From: a virus | Direction: 5' to 3' (one strand) | IMG/VR virus record: IMGVR_UViG_3300010429_000818 | DNA length: 49,876 nt | Part shown: piece by piece, positions 7,996-17,173 of the stretch | Layout: the number at the start of each line of letters is the position of its first letter | Numbering within the stretch: the first letter of the stretch is position 1 | The notes under the pieces: model-generated | Database searches by the model: none | What the model saw: the letters and a program-made list of their open reading frames with translations, nothing else | Told to the model about the DNA's origin: nothing | Position numbers and translations under genes: made by a program

Positions 7996-10328
7996 TAGGA
8001 GATCCTTCTACGGCCGCTCTCGCGAATCGTCATGGAAATGTCTTCAACCGCCCACTTCAGGCCAGACGCACCGGTCAGCTTTAGGATCGTGGCCTGCCCG
8101 CGACATGCCGGGTGATTCGTGGCGTTCAGCCCCCCAACCCACGTTCCGAAATCGGAGATCGGGCCGTTGACGGTCGCCTCAAACGTGAGGCTCGGTCGCA
8201 GCTCCCACGCCACGCTGCCGCTTCCCTCGGCCATCGTCGCGTCAATCGACATGACGGTCCCCGTCTCGCAATCGCGAGCCAAGGGGATTGGGCCGAATAC
8301 GGCAAAAGACGTGAACACCTCTCCGGCATCGCTTTCCGCAAGGTCGCAGAAGCGGCGCAGGATTCCGTCGCGCCCGCCCAGGATCACGCCGGACTCTTCG
8401 ATCGCCGTCGCCTGGATCGCGCAGGTCGCGGTCGGCTCGTGCTCTGACACGAGCGACACTGGCCAGAAGGTCTTCCGCTCCCAGTCCATCCACCAGTGTA
8501 TCCTGGCGTTGGAAGACTCCGGGGTCAGGAAGATATGCACCCCGCGAGCCTGCACGTCGTATTCGAGCGACACGCTCAGCATGTCGGGGTTGAGGTTCAT
8601 GAACTCTTGTGGCAGCACATCGCGAGACAGCGGCACCGGGAACGCATCGCCTCCGGGCGGAAGCGCGTACAGTCCGTCCATCGACAGGAAGATCAGCTCG
8701 CCCGCCGGGCCGAGGCACCATGCGTTCGGGCCGATGATGCCCACCGTGCGGCTCACAGCGCCGAGGCTGCCGCCGAACGCCGGATCGCCACGGAGCCGCC
8801 ACAGCGAATTGCGGCACCCGAAGACCAGATAATCGTCGCTGTGCGGAATCAGGGCTACGATCGGATCGCCCGGAACGCCAGCCTCGCTTGACGTGCCGGC
8901 CACCGCTCTCTGGCTGTCGGTCTGGGAGTAATCCCAGTCCAGCTCGTCACCGGATCGGCTCATGTACCAGACGTGCGGAGCGATCTCCGCGCCGGCGACC
9001 ACGAGGCGATTAAGGTATCGGCAGACCAGCGGGCAGCCCGTGGGCACCTGACCGTCCGTAGCCGTGAGAATCGAGATCGTACCAAGCAGCGGATCGTAGA
9101 CCTTCGGCGCTCGCTCGATTCGGTACGCGCACGCCCCAGTTCCAGCAGACGACTTCAGGGTGACGCTGCCAGCCGCCACTGAATCAATCTTGTAGGTGCC
9201 GGCAACAGCGGTCCCCTGCGGATTCGAGATGACGACCACCATGTCGTCGGCGCTGATCCCAAGGGCCGTCCAGTCGGCAACGCCGGTCGCGTCCAGCGCC
9301 GTGCCGCTGACAGATCCGTCCGTCCCACTGGCGGCCACTTGGCCGTAGTCGGCAATGTAGAGCTTCTGCCCGCTCTGGGCAGCCTGGAGCGGAACGTCGT
9401 CGCGTACCGTGAGGCTGGACGTAACAGCCGTCAGCCGGCCGTACGGACCCTCAAAGAACAACTTCCCGTCAGCGGATGCAACCAGTGCCGTGCGAAGCGT
9501 GCTCACCGGACTGGTCGAGTAATACTGCACGCGAAATACATTCGCCAAGCACAACCCGCCAGCGTTCGTGCATTTCAACCCGAACCCAACTCGCTTGCCC
9601 GTGTGCGAATCGACCGTCCGCGTGATGATCGCGCTGCCGGCCCAGTAGACCGTGACGCTATCGCCCGTGACGACGGCCGACAGCCAGGCCGGGCAGGCGA
9701 GCCCTCTGCCGCCGCCGGCGGACGTGTAGTCCGTCACAACGCCGCCGGTCACTGTTCGCAGCGTGCAGTAGTAGGCGTCGGTCGCGTCATCCATCTCGAA
9801 TTCGACCATGACACCCTCCGTGATAATGTCGGGCGAGCTATCGTTCAAGCGTAGATAGAGCCTGTACTTTCCGTGCCACGATCCGATCCACGGAGTCAAG
9901 AACGCTTCGACCGTGTAGGCCTGCGAGGTATCGACGGGGAGTACCGTCAAGACTGCCTCGCCTTCATCGACGCTCGTGTCCACACTGGCCAGCGCTGTGG
10001 GCAGAATACTCGGCATGTCTTCCGACCAGATCGGCTGCGCCCAGGCAGCGGCCATTGACGAGCCGCTGAACGTGTCCGACCATGCCGTGAATCCGTCGCC
10101 CAGCGCGAGGGTCATCGGCGAAAGCAGCCTCACGGGACCGCCTAGGTGATCGACGTGCGACTGCACGATGCCTGGCCGGCTACCACCGCGCTCGCGTCCC
10201 TCCAGTGACGAGACAGCGCGTACGTTCAGCAGCGACGGGCTGGTGTAGGGTGGCTGCTGTTTGTAGGAGCCACGCCTATTCAGGCCGCCGAGCGGGAACT
10301 GGACATTGAGGCGTCGATGCTTCGCCAT
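7995..10328 (-). CDS. Tail tubular protein B / nozzle-like protein
   Basis: 777 aa. Size and position after the adaptor-like gene match T7-type gp12 (about 794 aa). The N-terminal FPLGGLNRRGSYKQQPP resembles the conserved start of that family, from memory and unverified. Confidence 0.5.
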   Translation of the reverse strand: MAKHRRLNVQFPLGGLNRRGSYKQQPPYTSPSLLNVRAVSSLEGRERGGSRPGIVQSHVDHLGGPVRLLSPMTLALGDGFTAWSDTFSGSSMAAAWAQPIWSEDMPSILPTALASVDTSVDEGEAVLTVLPVDTSQAYTVEAFLTPWIGSWHGKYRLYLRLNDSSPDIITEGVMVEFEMDDATDAYYCTLRTVTGGVVTDYTSAGGGRGLACPAWLSAVVTGDSVTVYWAGSAIITRTVDSHTGKRVGFGLKCTNAGGLCLANVFRVQYYSTSPVSTLRTALVASADGKLFFEGPYGRLTAVTSSLTVRDDVPLQAAQSGQKLYIADYGQVAASGTDGSVSGTALDATGVADWTALGISADDMVVVISNPQGTAVAGTYKIDSVAAGSVTLKSSAGTGACAYRIERAPKVYDPLLGTISILTATDGQVPTGCPLVCRYLNRLVVAGAEIAPHVWYMSRSGDELDWDYSQTDSQRAVAGTSSEAGVPGDPIVALIPHSDDYLVFGCRNSLWRLRGDPAFGGSLGAVSRTVGIIGPNAWCLGPAGELIFLSMDGLYALPPGGDAFPVPLSRDVLPQEFMNLNPDMLSVSLEYDVQARGVHIFLTPESSNARIHWWMDWERKTFWPVSLVSEHEPTATCAIQATAIEESGVILGGRDGILRRFCDLAESDAGEVFTSFAVFGPIPLARDCETGTVMSIDATMAEGSGSVAWELRPSLTFEATVNGPISDFGTWVGGLNATNHPACRGQATILKLTGASGLKWAVEDISMTIRESGRRRIS

Positions 10329-10336
10329 GCGTATTC

Positions 10337-10552
10337 CTAGGCAACGGTGACGGCGTCGAAGTCACAGGCGGTGACGGTTCCTTCGTTGACGTACAGGGCT
10401 GTTCCAGCGCCGCCGTCCGTGTGTTGGAATAGGCAGCCGGTCTGGTAGCCGGCAGCGCCATCGGACGGAACCGTCGTTCCGCTGGCGAACAACAATCCGG
10501 TGGTGAGGGCCGGCTTCTTCATCTTGAGCAGGCTGCAAATGCGGTCGATCAT
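10337..10552 (-). CDS. Small hypothetical virion-module protein
   Basis: 71 aa with a GGAGG RBS upstream of ATG 10552. Confidence 0.45.
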   Translation of the reverse strand: MIDRICSLLKMKKPALTTGLLFASGTTVPSDGAAGYQTGCLFQHTDGGAGTALYVNEGTVTACDFDAVTVA

Positions 10553-10617
10553 CGAAAACCTCCAGAGTCAAAAGTGAAGCGGTTCTTGTTCCCGCCAGTT
10601 ACGAAAAGACGAGTGCG

Positions 10618-10905
10618 CTAGGCCGCTACATGCGGCCCGGCTGTGAACTGAATGTCGCCGTCCTGGTATGTCCCAGTGCCGCCGTTGCCGATGGCGTAAA
10701 TGGCCTTCCTCGCAGCAGCGCCGCGAAGGACCAGAACGTCATTGACGTTGACGAGCTGAATGCCTTTGCCGGCGACGGCCGCCTCCCCAATCCCGATCGC
10801 AACCGCTGTTGCGTTGGTCTTCTGGATCGTCAGCACTTCCCTGTAGTTGTCGGCGGCCACTATTTGCGTGCTAGCCGCAGTGGCGGTCCAGTTATCTTTT
10901 GCCAT
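10618..10905 (-). CDS. Small hypothetical virion-module protein
   Basis: 95 aa with an AAGGGG RBS. Ala/Gly/Val-rich and beta-like. Confidence 0.45.
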   Translation of the reverse strand: MAKDNWTATAASTQIVAADNYREVLTIQKTNATAVAIGIGEAAVAGKGIQLVNVNDVLVLRGAAARKAIYAIGNGGTGTYQDGDIQFTAGPHVAA

Positions 10906-10926
10906 GTCACAAACCCCTTTCGGTTG

Positions 10927-11127
10927 TTACCTTTTCTGTCCGCCCAGTGCGCTCACTAACTTACTGAATCCAGACGGCGCATAAGCCTGGACTAGCTTCT
11001 TTGATCGCTCCTGCTGAATCTCCTTGACGGTAGGCTGCGGAACTGGCTTCTTCACTGGAGTCTTACTGCGAGCCGCCATGTGTGCATCAACTCGCCTGCG
11101 CTCCGCGAGCCTTTCGGATTCATTCAT
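10927..11127 (-). CDS. Small basic hypothetical protein
   Basis: 66 aa, Lys/Arg-rich, with a TAATG overlap with the upstream gene. Confidence 0.4.
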   Translation of the reverse strand: MNESERLAERRRVDAHMAARSKTPVKKPVPQPTVKEIQQERSKKLVQAYAPSGFSKLVSALGGQKR

Positions 11128-11912
11128 TAGAAAGTCTCCCCTTTGTATGTAATCGGATAAGAACTCCCCGTGTCGCCGTGACGCGGTCGAACGAAGTCCG
11201 TAAGCTCGGGACTGCCCATCTGTCCGTAGTAGCGAGCGCCACGCTTGCGATCGCGTGAGATGGCATCCACCAGCAGGGCTTGGTACTGCTGGGCGTGCTG
11301 TCCGATCTCGTCATTGATCCGAGCCTCGGCGACAGCCAGGCACGATTCCGTGTATAGCTCCGCGAGCTGCATTCCGCCGAGCGGGTACGGATTCGCGTCC
11401 GTGAGCTGGCCGCTATACGCCTCGTACTCGTAGCTCAGCGTCTTGGCCTCGTTTGGCTCCGGGTAGAACAATACTTCCTGACGCTGTCCCGACGCCCCGG
11501 TCGATTCCTTGTAGCGGATCGCGGCGTATCGAGGCAGATCAGACAGAGCGGACGCGGCTCGCATGGCCAGCAGCTTGCCAACCGATACGACGACGACCGA
11601 AGCGCGATACTCGTCAGCGCCGTAATGGAACGCGCCGATGAGCCGCCCAAAGTCGTCTGGGAGATCATAGTCGCCATCGTTGGCGGTGATGCTCAGTGTC
11701 TTCGTCGGCCGCAACCACGACCACTCGTAGCCAGAAACCTCGGCGCTGATTGCCGGGGGATAGTACACCCGACGCACGCCAGACTGCACGATACTATTGA
11801 TCTCAGCGAGCTGGGCAGCGGTCCAAGACGCAGAAGCTCGGCCATACCCGAGGAAATAGCCAACCTCCGCACGGAGGTCAGTAACGCCAATCGAGAGGGA
11901 GGATTCCGCCAT
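11127..11912 (-). CDS. Head-tail adaptor / tail tubular A-type protein candidate
   Basis: 261 aa from ATG 11912, with a GAGG RBS 8 nt upstream. The 293-aa track ORF would read through the tRNA-like element. Function is inferred from position between the capsid module and the nozzle-like gene. Confidence 0.5.
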   Translation of the reverse strand: MAESSLSIGVTDLRAEVGYFLGYGRASASWTAAQLAEINSIVQSGVRRVYYPPAISAEVSGYEWSWLRPTKTLSITANDGDYDLPDDFGRLIGAFHYGADEYRASVVVVSVGKLLAMRAASALSDLPRYAAIRYKESTGASGQRQEVLFYPEPNEAKTLSYEYEAYSGQLTDANPYPLGGMQLAELYTESCLAVAEARINDEIGQHAQQYQALLVDAISRDRKRGARYYGQMGSPELTDFVRPRHGDTGSSYPITYKGETF

Positions 11913-11944
11913 CGCACCGACCTCGCAAGACAACGGGAGATGAA

Positions 11945-12017
11945 TGGGCATCCGGCGGGAATCGAACCCGCGTCTCCGCCTTTGCCGGGCGGTGTGTTTC
12001 CACTTCACTACGGAGCC
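11945..12017 (-). tRNA. tRNA-like element, possibly tRNA-Cys(GCA), non-canonical
   Basis: Minus-strand sequence: GGCTCCG TA GTGAAGTGGAAACAC A CCGCC CGGCAAA GGCGG AGAC GCGGG TTCGATT CCCGC CGGATGCC. The T-arm and anticodon stem are perfect, with GCA in the anticodon position. However, position 33 is G rather than U, and the acceptor stem needs a bulged T or two mismatches. Confidence 0.4.
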
Positions 12018-12020
12018 AAT

Positions 12021-12054
12021 GGCCGGGGGTGAGAAGAGAGGATCACCCCCGGCC
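12021..12054 (-). terminator. Strong GC hairpin downstream of the decoration-like gene (attenuator/processing or stabiliser hairpin)
   Basis: Perfect 12-bp stem GGCCGGGGGTGA / TCACCCCCGGCC with a 10-nt loop and no clear U-tract. It lies between stop 12087 and the tRNA-like element. Confidence 0.5.
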
Positions 12055-12086
12055 TAAACCGCTCTCGGAGAGCGGGGAGTCGTCAA

Positions 12087-12902
12087 CTAGCCGAGCACCG
12101 ATCCGAGCACGCCGATGCAGTACCAGTGGCCATTGGCTTCGTTGCCGTACCACTCCAAGCAGCACTCCTCATCGTCAGCGTCAATGGTAATCGTGGCCAG
12201 CGCGGCAGTTGGGTCGGCATTGCCAAGACCCTGCTTGCCGCTCGTAACCGTAATCACCACGTCGCTCGTGGCTAGAGCAGCCATGCTCTTGAACATCTTC
12301 CTCAAGCCAGGGATCGTGCTGTCAGCCAGCGTGAACGTGATGTTCGCGGCCAGGTCAACGGCAGTGTCGAAGATCGTCACGCCACCAACCATGAAGACCT
12401 TTGCGCCGCCCGCAGGAGCGAGCGTTGGAACTTCAACCAACCCCGAAGGCAGGCCGGTCTGGAGCACTGCCAGGACCGTGCCGGCCGTGGTCGAGCGATC
12501 CACGGTCTGAAGCGGAGTTGCCGAGCCTTCGCCCTGGAAGCCGGCGTAGCGGAAGTAGCCTGCGTAGGTGCCGGCGGCCTCGCAGGTGAGGATGCCAACA
12601 CCGATGGTGACGTTGGCCTTTGCCAGGATCTTGCAGACCGAGCCGGGGCGGTAAATCTCAATGAGCTGTCCGCCGGTCTTCGCGGCGTAGTCCCGAGCAG
12701 CAACACCAGCGAAGTGCCGGTTGTTGGTCTGCGACGGCAGCTCGACGCGGTTGTAGCGCCGGGCGTCGGCATCGGTTGCCGTGCCGTAATCCCAATTGTA
12801 GCAAACGCCCTGGCCTTCCTTCAGCGCGGTCGCGCCTTCAAACCAGACCCACTCGGCGTAAACACGGCCCGCCTTCTGGTGAGCATTGATGGAGAAATCC
12901 AC
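12087..12902 (-). CDS. Head decoration / cement-like protein candidate
   Basis: 271 aa immediately downstream of the capsid gene. The N-terminal half (ATALKEGQGVCYN...FAGVAARDYAAKTGGQLIEIYRPGSVCKILAKANVTIGVGILTCEAAG) resembles the DUF2190-type decoration fold pattern, from memory. Confidence 0.45.
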   Translation of the reverse strand: MDFSINAHQKAGRVYAEWVWFEGATALKEGQGVCYNWDYGTATDADARRYNRVELPSQTNNRHFAGVAARDYAAKTGGQLIEIYRPGSVCKILAKANVTIGVGILTCEAAGTYAGYFRYAGFQGEGSATPLQTVDRSTTAGTVLAVLQTGLPSGLVEVPTLAPAGGAKVFMVGGVTIFDTAVDLAANITFTLADSTIPGLRKMFKSMAALATSDVVITVTSGKQGLGNADPTAALATITIDADDEECCLEWYGNEANGHWYCIGVLGSVLG

Positions 12903-12964
12903 GTTATCGTCCTTTCAGAAATGGTGAATGTTGTTGGAAGCGGAAACGAACCCCGAGCCTCAGA

Positions 12965-13999
12965 CTACGCCTTGTAGAGGACGCACTGACGGCGCAGGTT
13001 CGTGCAAACCATGTTCAGCGTGCAATCGAGATCGACGCGGCGCACGAGGTGCTTGCCGGGGACCATGTACGGCTTGGTCAGCTCGTTCTCCCAGCCGGCC
13101 AGCACGCCCACGGCAAGCCACTTCCAGTCCAGCATGTAGACCGGATCTTGCGTGTCGGCGTCCAGCTTCGGGGCGTAGGTCAACGGGGTGCCTTTGAACA
13201 GCGCCCGGCCGTCCTTGCTGGCCAGATCATTGCCGAGGTCCATGTTCTGGGCCTCCAGGATTTCCTCCATCAAGCCGACCACGGTATCGTTGGTGTAGAT
13301 TCCGTTCTTCATCGCACCGAGGTCAGGCTGCGCGTGCGAGACCGGGCTGCGGAACTGAATGTTCCGGTGAGCCTTCCGCATCTTGCGTACGAGGTCTTCC
13401 TTGCTCACGGCCGCGTACGAACCGGACCAATTGGCCCAGCGAGCGTACGTTGCTGTGGAGATGCCAGCCCGGCCGGCAGCAAAGCCGTCAGGGTTTCCGC
13501 CGTTGAAGCCTTCGGAGGCGTTCTTGACGACCCAGTATTGAATACCGAACGGGGTCTTGTCGTCGGTGGAATCCGTGGGCTTGCCCCACAGGATGGCTTC
13601 CATCAGCTCGTACAACGAGACCATCATGGCCGTGTAGCGAGTCTGCACGAGATCAACGATCGCCTTCCCGCCCCGCTGGAAGTCAGGCTCCCGCTGATCG
13701 TAGATGTAGTGCGCGTTGACGTGGCGAGGGCTGACCTTGCCGTAGATCATCGTATCCGTGACGCTCGACCCGTCCGTCTCGAACAGGCCGACCGTGCGGG
13801 CCGAATGGTTGTGGTCGATTTGCGCCTCGAAGCGCCAGTCGTTCCCGCCCTCGAACTTCTTTTGGCGACCCTTCCAGATTTCCCGGACGGCGACGTGATC
13901 GCTCAGGTCGGTCTGGAGATCCAGGAAAGCCCCCTTCTTGATGAGGTTTTCTTGGGTCAACTGGACGGCATCGTCAATCTGAGAGAACTGCAAACCCAT
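12965..13999 (-). CDS. Major capsid protein
   Basis: 344 aa in the canonical position after portal and scaffold, with a GGAG RBS. Size is typical for HK97-fold capsid proteins. The fold cannot be verified by eye. Confidence 0.7.
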   Translation of the reverse strand: MGLQFSQIDDAVQLTQENLIKKGAFLDLQTDLSDHVAVREIWKGRQKKFEGGNDWRFEAQIDHNHSARTVGLFETDGSSVTDTMIYGKVSPRHVNAHYIYDQREPDFQRGGKAIVDLVQTRYTAMMVSLYELMEAILWGKPTDSTDDKTPFGIQYWVVKNASEGFNGGNPDGFAAGRAGISTATYARWANWSGSYAAVSKEDLVRKMRKAHRNIQFRSPVSHAQPDLGAMKNGIYTNDTVVGLMEEILEAQNMDLGNDLASKDGRALFKGTPLTYAPKLDADTQDPVYMLDWKWLAVGVLAGWENELTKPYMVPGKHLVRRVDLDCTLNMVCTNLRRQCVLYKA

Positions 14000-14044
14000 G
14001 TTTTGTCTCCTAATTCTGATCCGTCAGAATCCCAGCGTCCTTGA

Positions 14045-15058
14045 CTATCCTTTTCCGAAGAACTTGGCGTCTAAGAGTGCCGCTGTTTCATCCAACGGAG
14101 AGATGGTTTTCTTGGTTTTCTGCCCGGAGGCGCGGCTGATATGCTGCTTGCTCCGTTTGGCTAGTTCGCTAGCCAGCTTCTTTTCTCGCGCTTTGTCGAA
14201 CTGGTCGGCGAGCACCAGCTTTGCCGCCGCGCCGAAGACTTCGTCACGCGGAGGCGCTTGTTGGCCCGCTGCTTGATAGCCGGCCAACAGCACAGCCATC
14301 TGGTTCGCGATCTTGTCGCGATTCGCAAACTGCGAACTTCCCCGGTCGAGCGTGCTGTATCCGCCGGACCCGAGGGCATCTTGGAACTCTTCGCCAAGGC
14401 TTTCGACTTGTTTGTCGAACCACTGTTCGACCTCACGAGCCTGCGCCTGCTGCGCGGCCGTGTTTGTATTTTCTTGGTGAGAGCGGAACGACCGGATCTC
14501 TTCCTGCTGCTTCTTGACGATCTCGGTCAGCGCCTCGAAAGTCTTGATGACCTCGGGCTCGTAGACCTCGGGGTCCAGCTTCGGCAGCTTCGCGAAAGGA
14601 TCTTCTTCCGTCTCCGTCGCTTGTTTTGTTTCGGTCTTCTGCGCGGCCTCGATTCGGTCAACGATACGCAACAGCGCCTCGTCGTTGCCGAACTGGCGGG
14701 CATCTTCCAGCGTCAAGCCGGCTCGCACGGCGCGCGTCAGAACGTAGTCACTGACACGGCTGACAGGCGGTTCCGGAGCAGTAGTTGCGCCATCTCCCTT
14801 GTCTCCCTCGCCGCCTTCGTCAGCTTCCTCTTCGTCTCCGGGTCCGTCTCCCGACTCGACAGATCCCGCAGCTTCTTCGCTGTCGCTTCCAGCTCCCGCC
14901 TCGTCATCAACCTTCGCGTCCCCCTCGCCTCCGCTTGTTCCGCCATCGGCCTTACTCTCTTCGGTTGTGGTTTCAGTCGTCTCTTCGGTCGCCCCTTCAG
15001 CCGTCACTTGTTCAACGGCCTCGGTAATTTCGCTGGCAAGACTCTCTTCAACTGTCAT
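14045..15058 (-). CDS. Scaffolding protein
   Basis: 337 aa with a highly acidic, low-complexity N-terminus (TEETTETTTEESKADGG..., DEEEADEGGEGDKGDG), then helical Lys/Glu/Gln-rich sequence. It lies between the portal and capsid genes. Confidence 0.6.
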   Translation of the reverse strand: MTVEESLASEITEAVEQVTAEGATEETTETTTEESKADGGTSGGEGDAKVDDEAGAGSDSEEAAGSVESGDGPGDEEEADEGGEGDKGDGATTAPEPPVSRVSDYVLTRAVRAGLTLEDARQFGNDEALLRIVDRIEAAQKTETKQATETEEDPFAKLPKLDPEVYEPEVIKTFEALTEIVKKQQEEIRSFRSHQENTNTAAQQAQAREVEQWFDKQVESLGEEFQDALGSGGYSTLDRGSSQFANRDKIANQMAVLLAGYQAAGQQAPPRDEVFGAAAKLVLADQFDKAREKKLASELAKRSKQHISRASGQKTKKTISPLDETAALLDAKFFGKG

Positions 15059-15076
15059 GGAGACCTCTCTTCGGGT

Positions 15077-15442
15077 TTAGCAGTAGGATTGCCGATCGTA
15101 CATGCCGCGCAACTTCAACGCTTTCTTCCGGTGCGAAGCGCTGGTGTAGACGGGGTCGCCGTCGCGAGTCACCTCGGTCGGGCAACCGCGATCGGCTAGG
15201 TATCTTCGCAGCTCGTCAGCCTGGCTTGCATGTACTCCGCTGGCGAAACACGTCATCGGCCAGCCTGAGCCTGCGCGCCGTGAAGTGTGCTCCGCCGCGA
15301 AGTCGCGGAGAGCAACGCGGCCGTCGTCAAGTAGGATCGACTTCGGCGCATCGCCCATGCGAAAATACCGATCAATGACCTGTCCGTCTTCAGTTGAATA
15401 GCAGTATTGTGGCATACATCTATTATGACGTAGCCTCAACAT
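15077..15442 (-). CDS. Hypothetical protein (start 15442 or ATG 15415)
   Basis: 121-aa ORF between portal and scaffold. There is no clear RBS for either start, and it overlaps a conserved AT-rich motif at 15418-15430. Confidence 0.4.
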   Translation of the reverse strand: MLRLRHNRCMPQYCYSTEDGQVIDRYFRMGDAPKSILLDDGRVALRDFAAEHTSRRAGSGWPMTCFASGVHASQADELRRYLADRGCPTEVTRDGDPVYTSASHRKKALKLRGMYDRQSYC

Positions 15443-15463
15443 TGACCGCTGTGAAACGGACCC

Positions 15464-17173
15464 CTAAGCGCCGCTGTCTTGGAGGTCTTTGCTCAGCAAG
15501 AGCTGCTGCATTTCCGTGTCAGCGCCCTGCTGTGTTTTCCCCGGTCGGCCGACGCGCTCGTAGGTCCGCGTTGTGTGCGCCGGCATCGGGAGCTGGTCTG
15601 GGGTTTGATTCGCTGGCGGTTCAACAAAGGTCACGATCTCACCAATTTCGGGCAGATCAGCATACTGGCCGACCAGCTTGAGGATCGCTTGCACGTCGAT
15701 CTCGCCGCCGGCCTGCTGGATCAGCGGGGCGAGCGGGAGTACGTACTGGTTGACCACCATGCCGAGCTTCTGCAACTTCAGCCCGGGCGAGTCGTCTTGC
15801 AGGGAGTACGGGTCAATGTCCAGGTCGTAGAGCGAGAAGCTGCCCAGCTTCGACTCGCGACCCCACTCGACCGGAATCGAGAGCTTCGTCCCCGGCACCG
15901 GCTTCTCCAGCGTGCGCCGGCCGATTGGATCGTGCCACTCGTACCATGCCAGCGCCGAGAAAATCTCCCGCGCTACAACCATGACGCTCCCGGCCATGTC
16001 GCGCAACTGCGCGCTGGCCGCCTCGCCGATCAGCCGGTCCTGGCCCACGGTCTGAGTCATTGGTGCGAGTCCGCCGACGCTGTCAATGTTGCCGGCGAAG
16101 TACGAGTAAAGGTTGCGAGTCTGGAGGTAGAACGCCAGCGTCGTCTGCTCCACGCCGCCGGTCTTCAGCTCGACCGGAGGCTGGCCAGTGTATCGGATGC
16201 CGTCGCCGTCGCCAGCCTTCTTGAAGTCCTCCACGCTCTCTTCGTTCCCGCCGCTGAATCCGTGGACAGTCTTCTGGCTGTCGGCTTGATTGGCCAGCTT
16301 GCGGAACAGTGCGTTACCCAGCTCGTGCAGATCGCGCCACAGCGCCACGGGCGGCAGCGGCAACAGGTTCCCGGGAACGTCCGCGAACCCGAGGGTGTAG
16401 TACGGGCCGTGATCTGGGCCGTCCCACTCGACGGTCTTCAGCAGCTTCTTGCTCTTCACGCCGTACGTGACCACAAGCCGCTCGTCCGGGAGCCACACGT
16501 CGCGGAGCCAGATCCGATCCTTGTACAACTGCGCGCTCTCGTCATTGAAGATCCCCTCGGCGCGATCCTCTCCGGCCGGGCCGATCACCGTGTACTCGTC
16601 TGGCTTCAGGTCGGCCCGCTTGTCCTTCTCGACCCAGCCGGAATCCATCAGCTCTTCGTAGTCGAGCCAGTAGTCGTTCCCTTCGTATGAGATCAGATCG
16701 CGGCGCTTCGCGCTGGCGTCCATGAAGTAATCATCCAACGTAATTACATCCACGAACGGAGCACCGTACTTGTGCCCCAGCGCTTCGCTGACCGTATGCA
16801 GGCCGACCTTCACGATGCCAAGCGAGAACATGGCTTCCGTGACCAGCCGGCGGAACGTCAACCCAAGGCCGATTTCGTCGGGGATCTGATTGATCGCCAA
16901 CTCAAGGTTCGCCGCCGTGGACTTCAGGTCTTCCCGCTTGGTCGAGATCATCACACGCGGCGCGCGGGCCGCGAGCTGGCGTACGTAGATCAGAACCGAC
17001 AGGGCCAGCATGTTGACCGGCACACGCTTCTCGGCCCCGCCATCGCTGTAGTGCGAACCGACATACTGCTTGATCGCCTCAACGCGCTTGCGCCGGGGGA
17101 ATTCGAGCTGGCGATTCGACCACTCGATACTGGTCTGGAGGCGGGACAACTGCTGTTCGTTCAATGGATTCAT
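15464..17173 (-). CDS. Portal protein
   Basis: 569 aa directly downstream of TerL (adjacent stop/start at 17174/17173). Size and order are typical of portals. Confidence 0.7.
   Translation of the reverse strand: MNPLNEQQLSRLQTSIEWSNRQLEFPRRKRVEAIKQYVGSHYSDGGAEKRVPVNMLALSVLIYVRQLAARAPRVMISTKREDLKSTAANLELAINQIPDEIGLGLTFRRLVTEAMFSLGIVKVGLHTVSEALGHKYGAPFVDVITLDDYFMDASAKRRDLISYEGNDYWLDYEELMDSGWVEKDKRADLKPDEYTVIGPAGEDRAEGIFNDESAQLYKDRIWLRDVWLPDERLVVTYGVKSKKLLKTVEWDGPDHGPYYTLGFADVPGNLLPLPPVALWRDLHELGNALFRKLANQADSQKTVHGFSGGNEESVEDFKKAGDGDGIRYTGQPPVELKTGGVEQTTLAFYLQTRNLYSYFAGNIDSVGGLAPMTQTVGQDRLIGEAASAQLRDMAGSVMVVAREIFSALAWYEWHDPIGRRTLEKPVPGTKLSIPVEWGRESKLGSFSLYDLDIDPYSLQDDSPGLKLQKLGMVVNQYVLPLAPLIQQAGGEIDVQAILKLVGQYADLPEIGEIVTFVEPPANQTPDQLPMPAHTTRTYERVGRPGKTQQGADTEMQQLLLSKDLQDSGA

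Noticed and set aside
11913-12008. N-terminal extension of the adaptor-like ORF (MKWKHTARQRRRRGFDSRR...)
   Set aside because: It is the translation of the tRNA-like element. The ATG at 11912 has a proper GAGG RBS.
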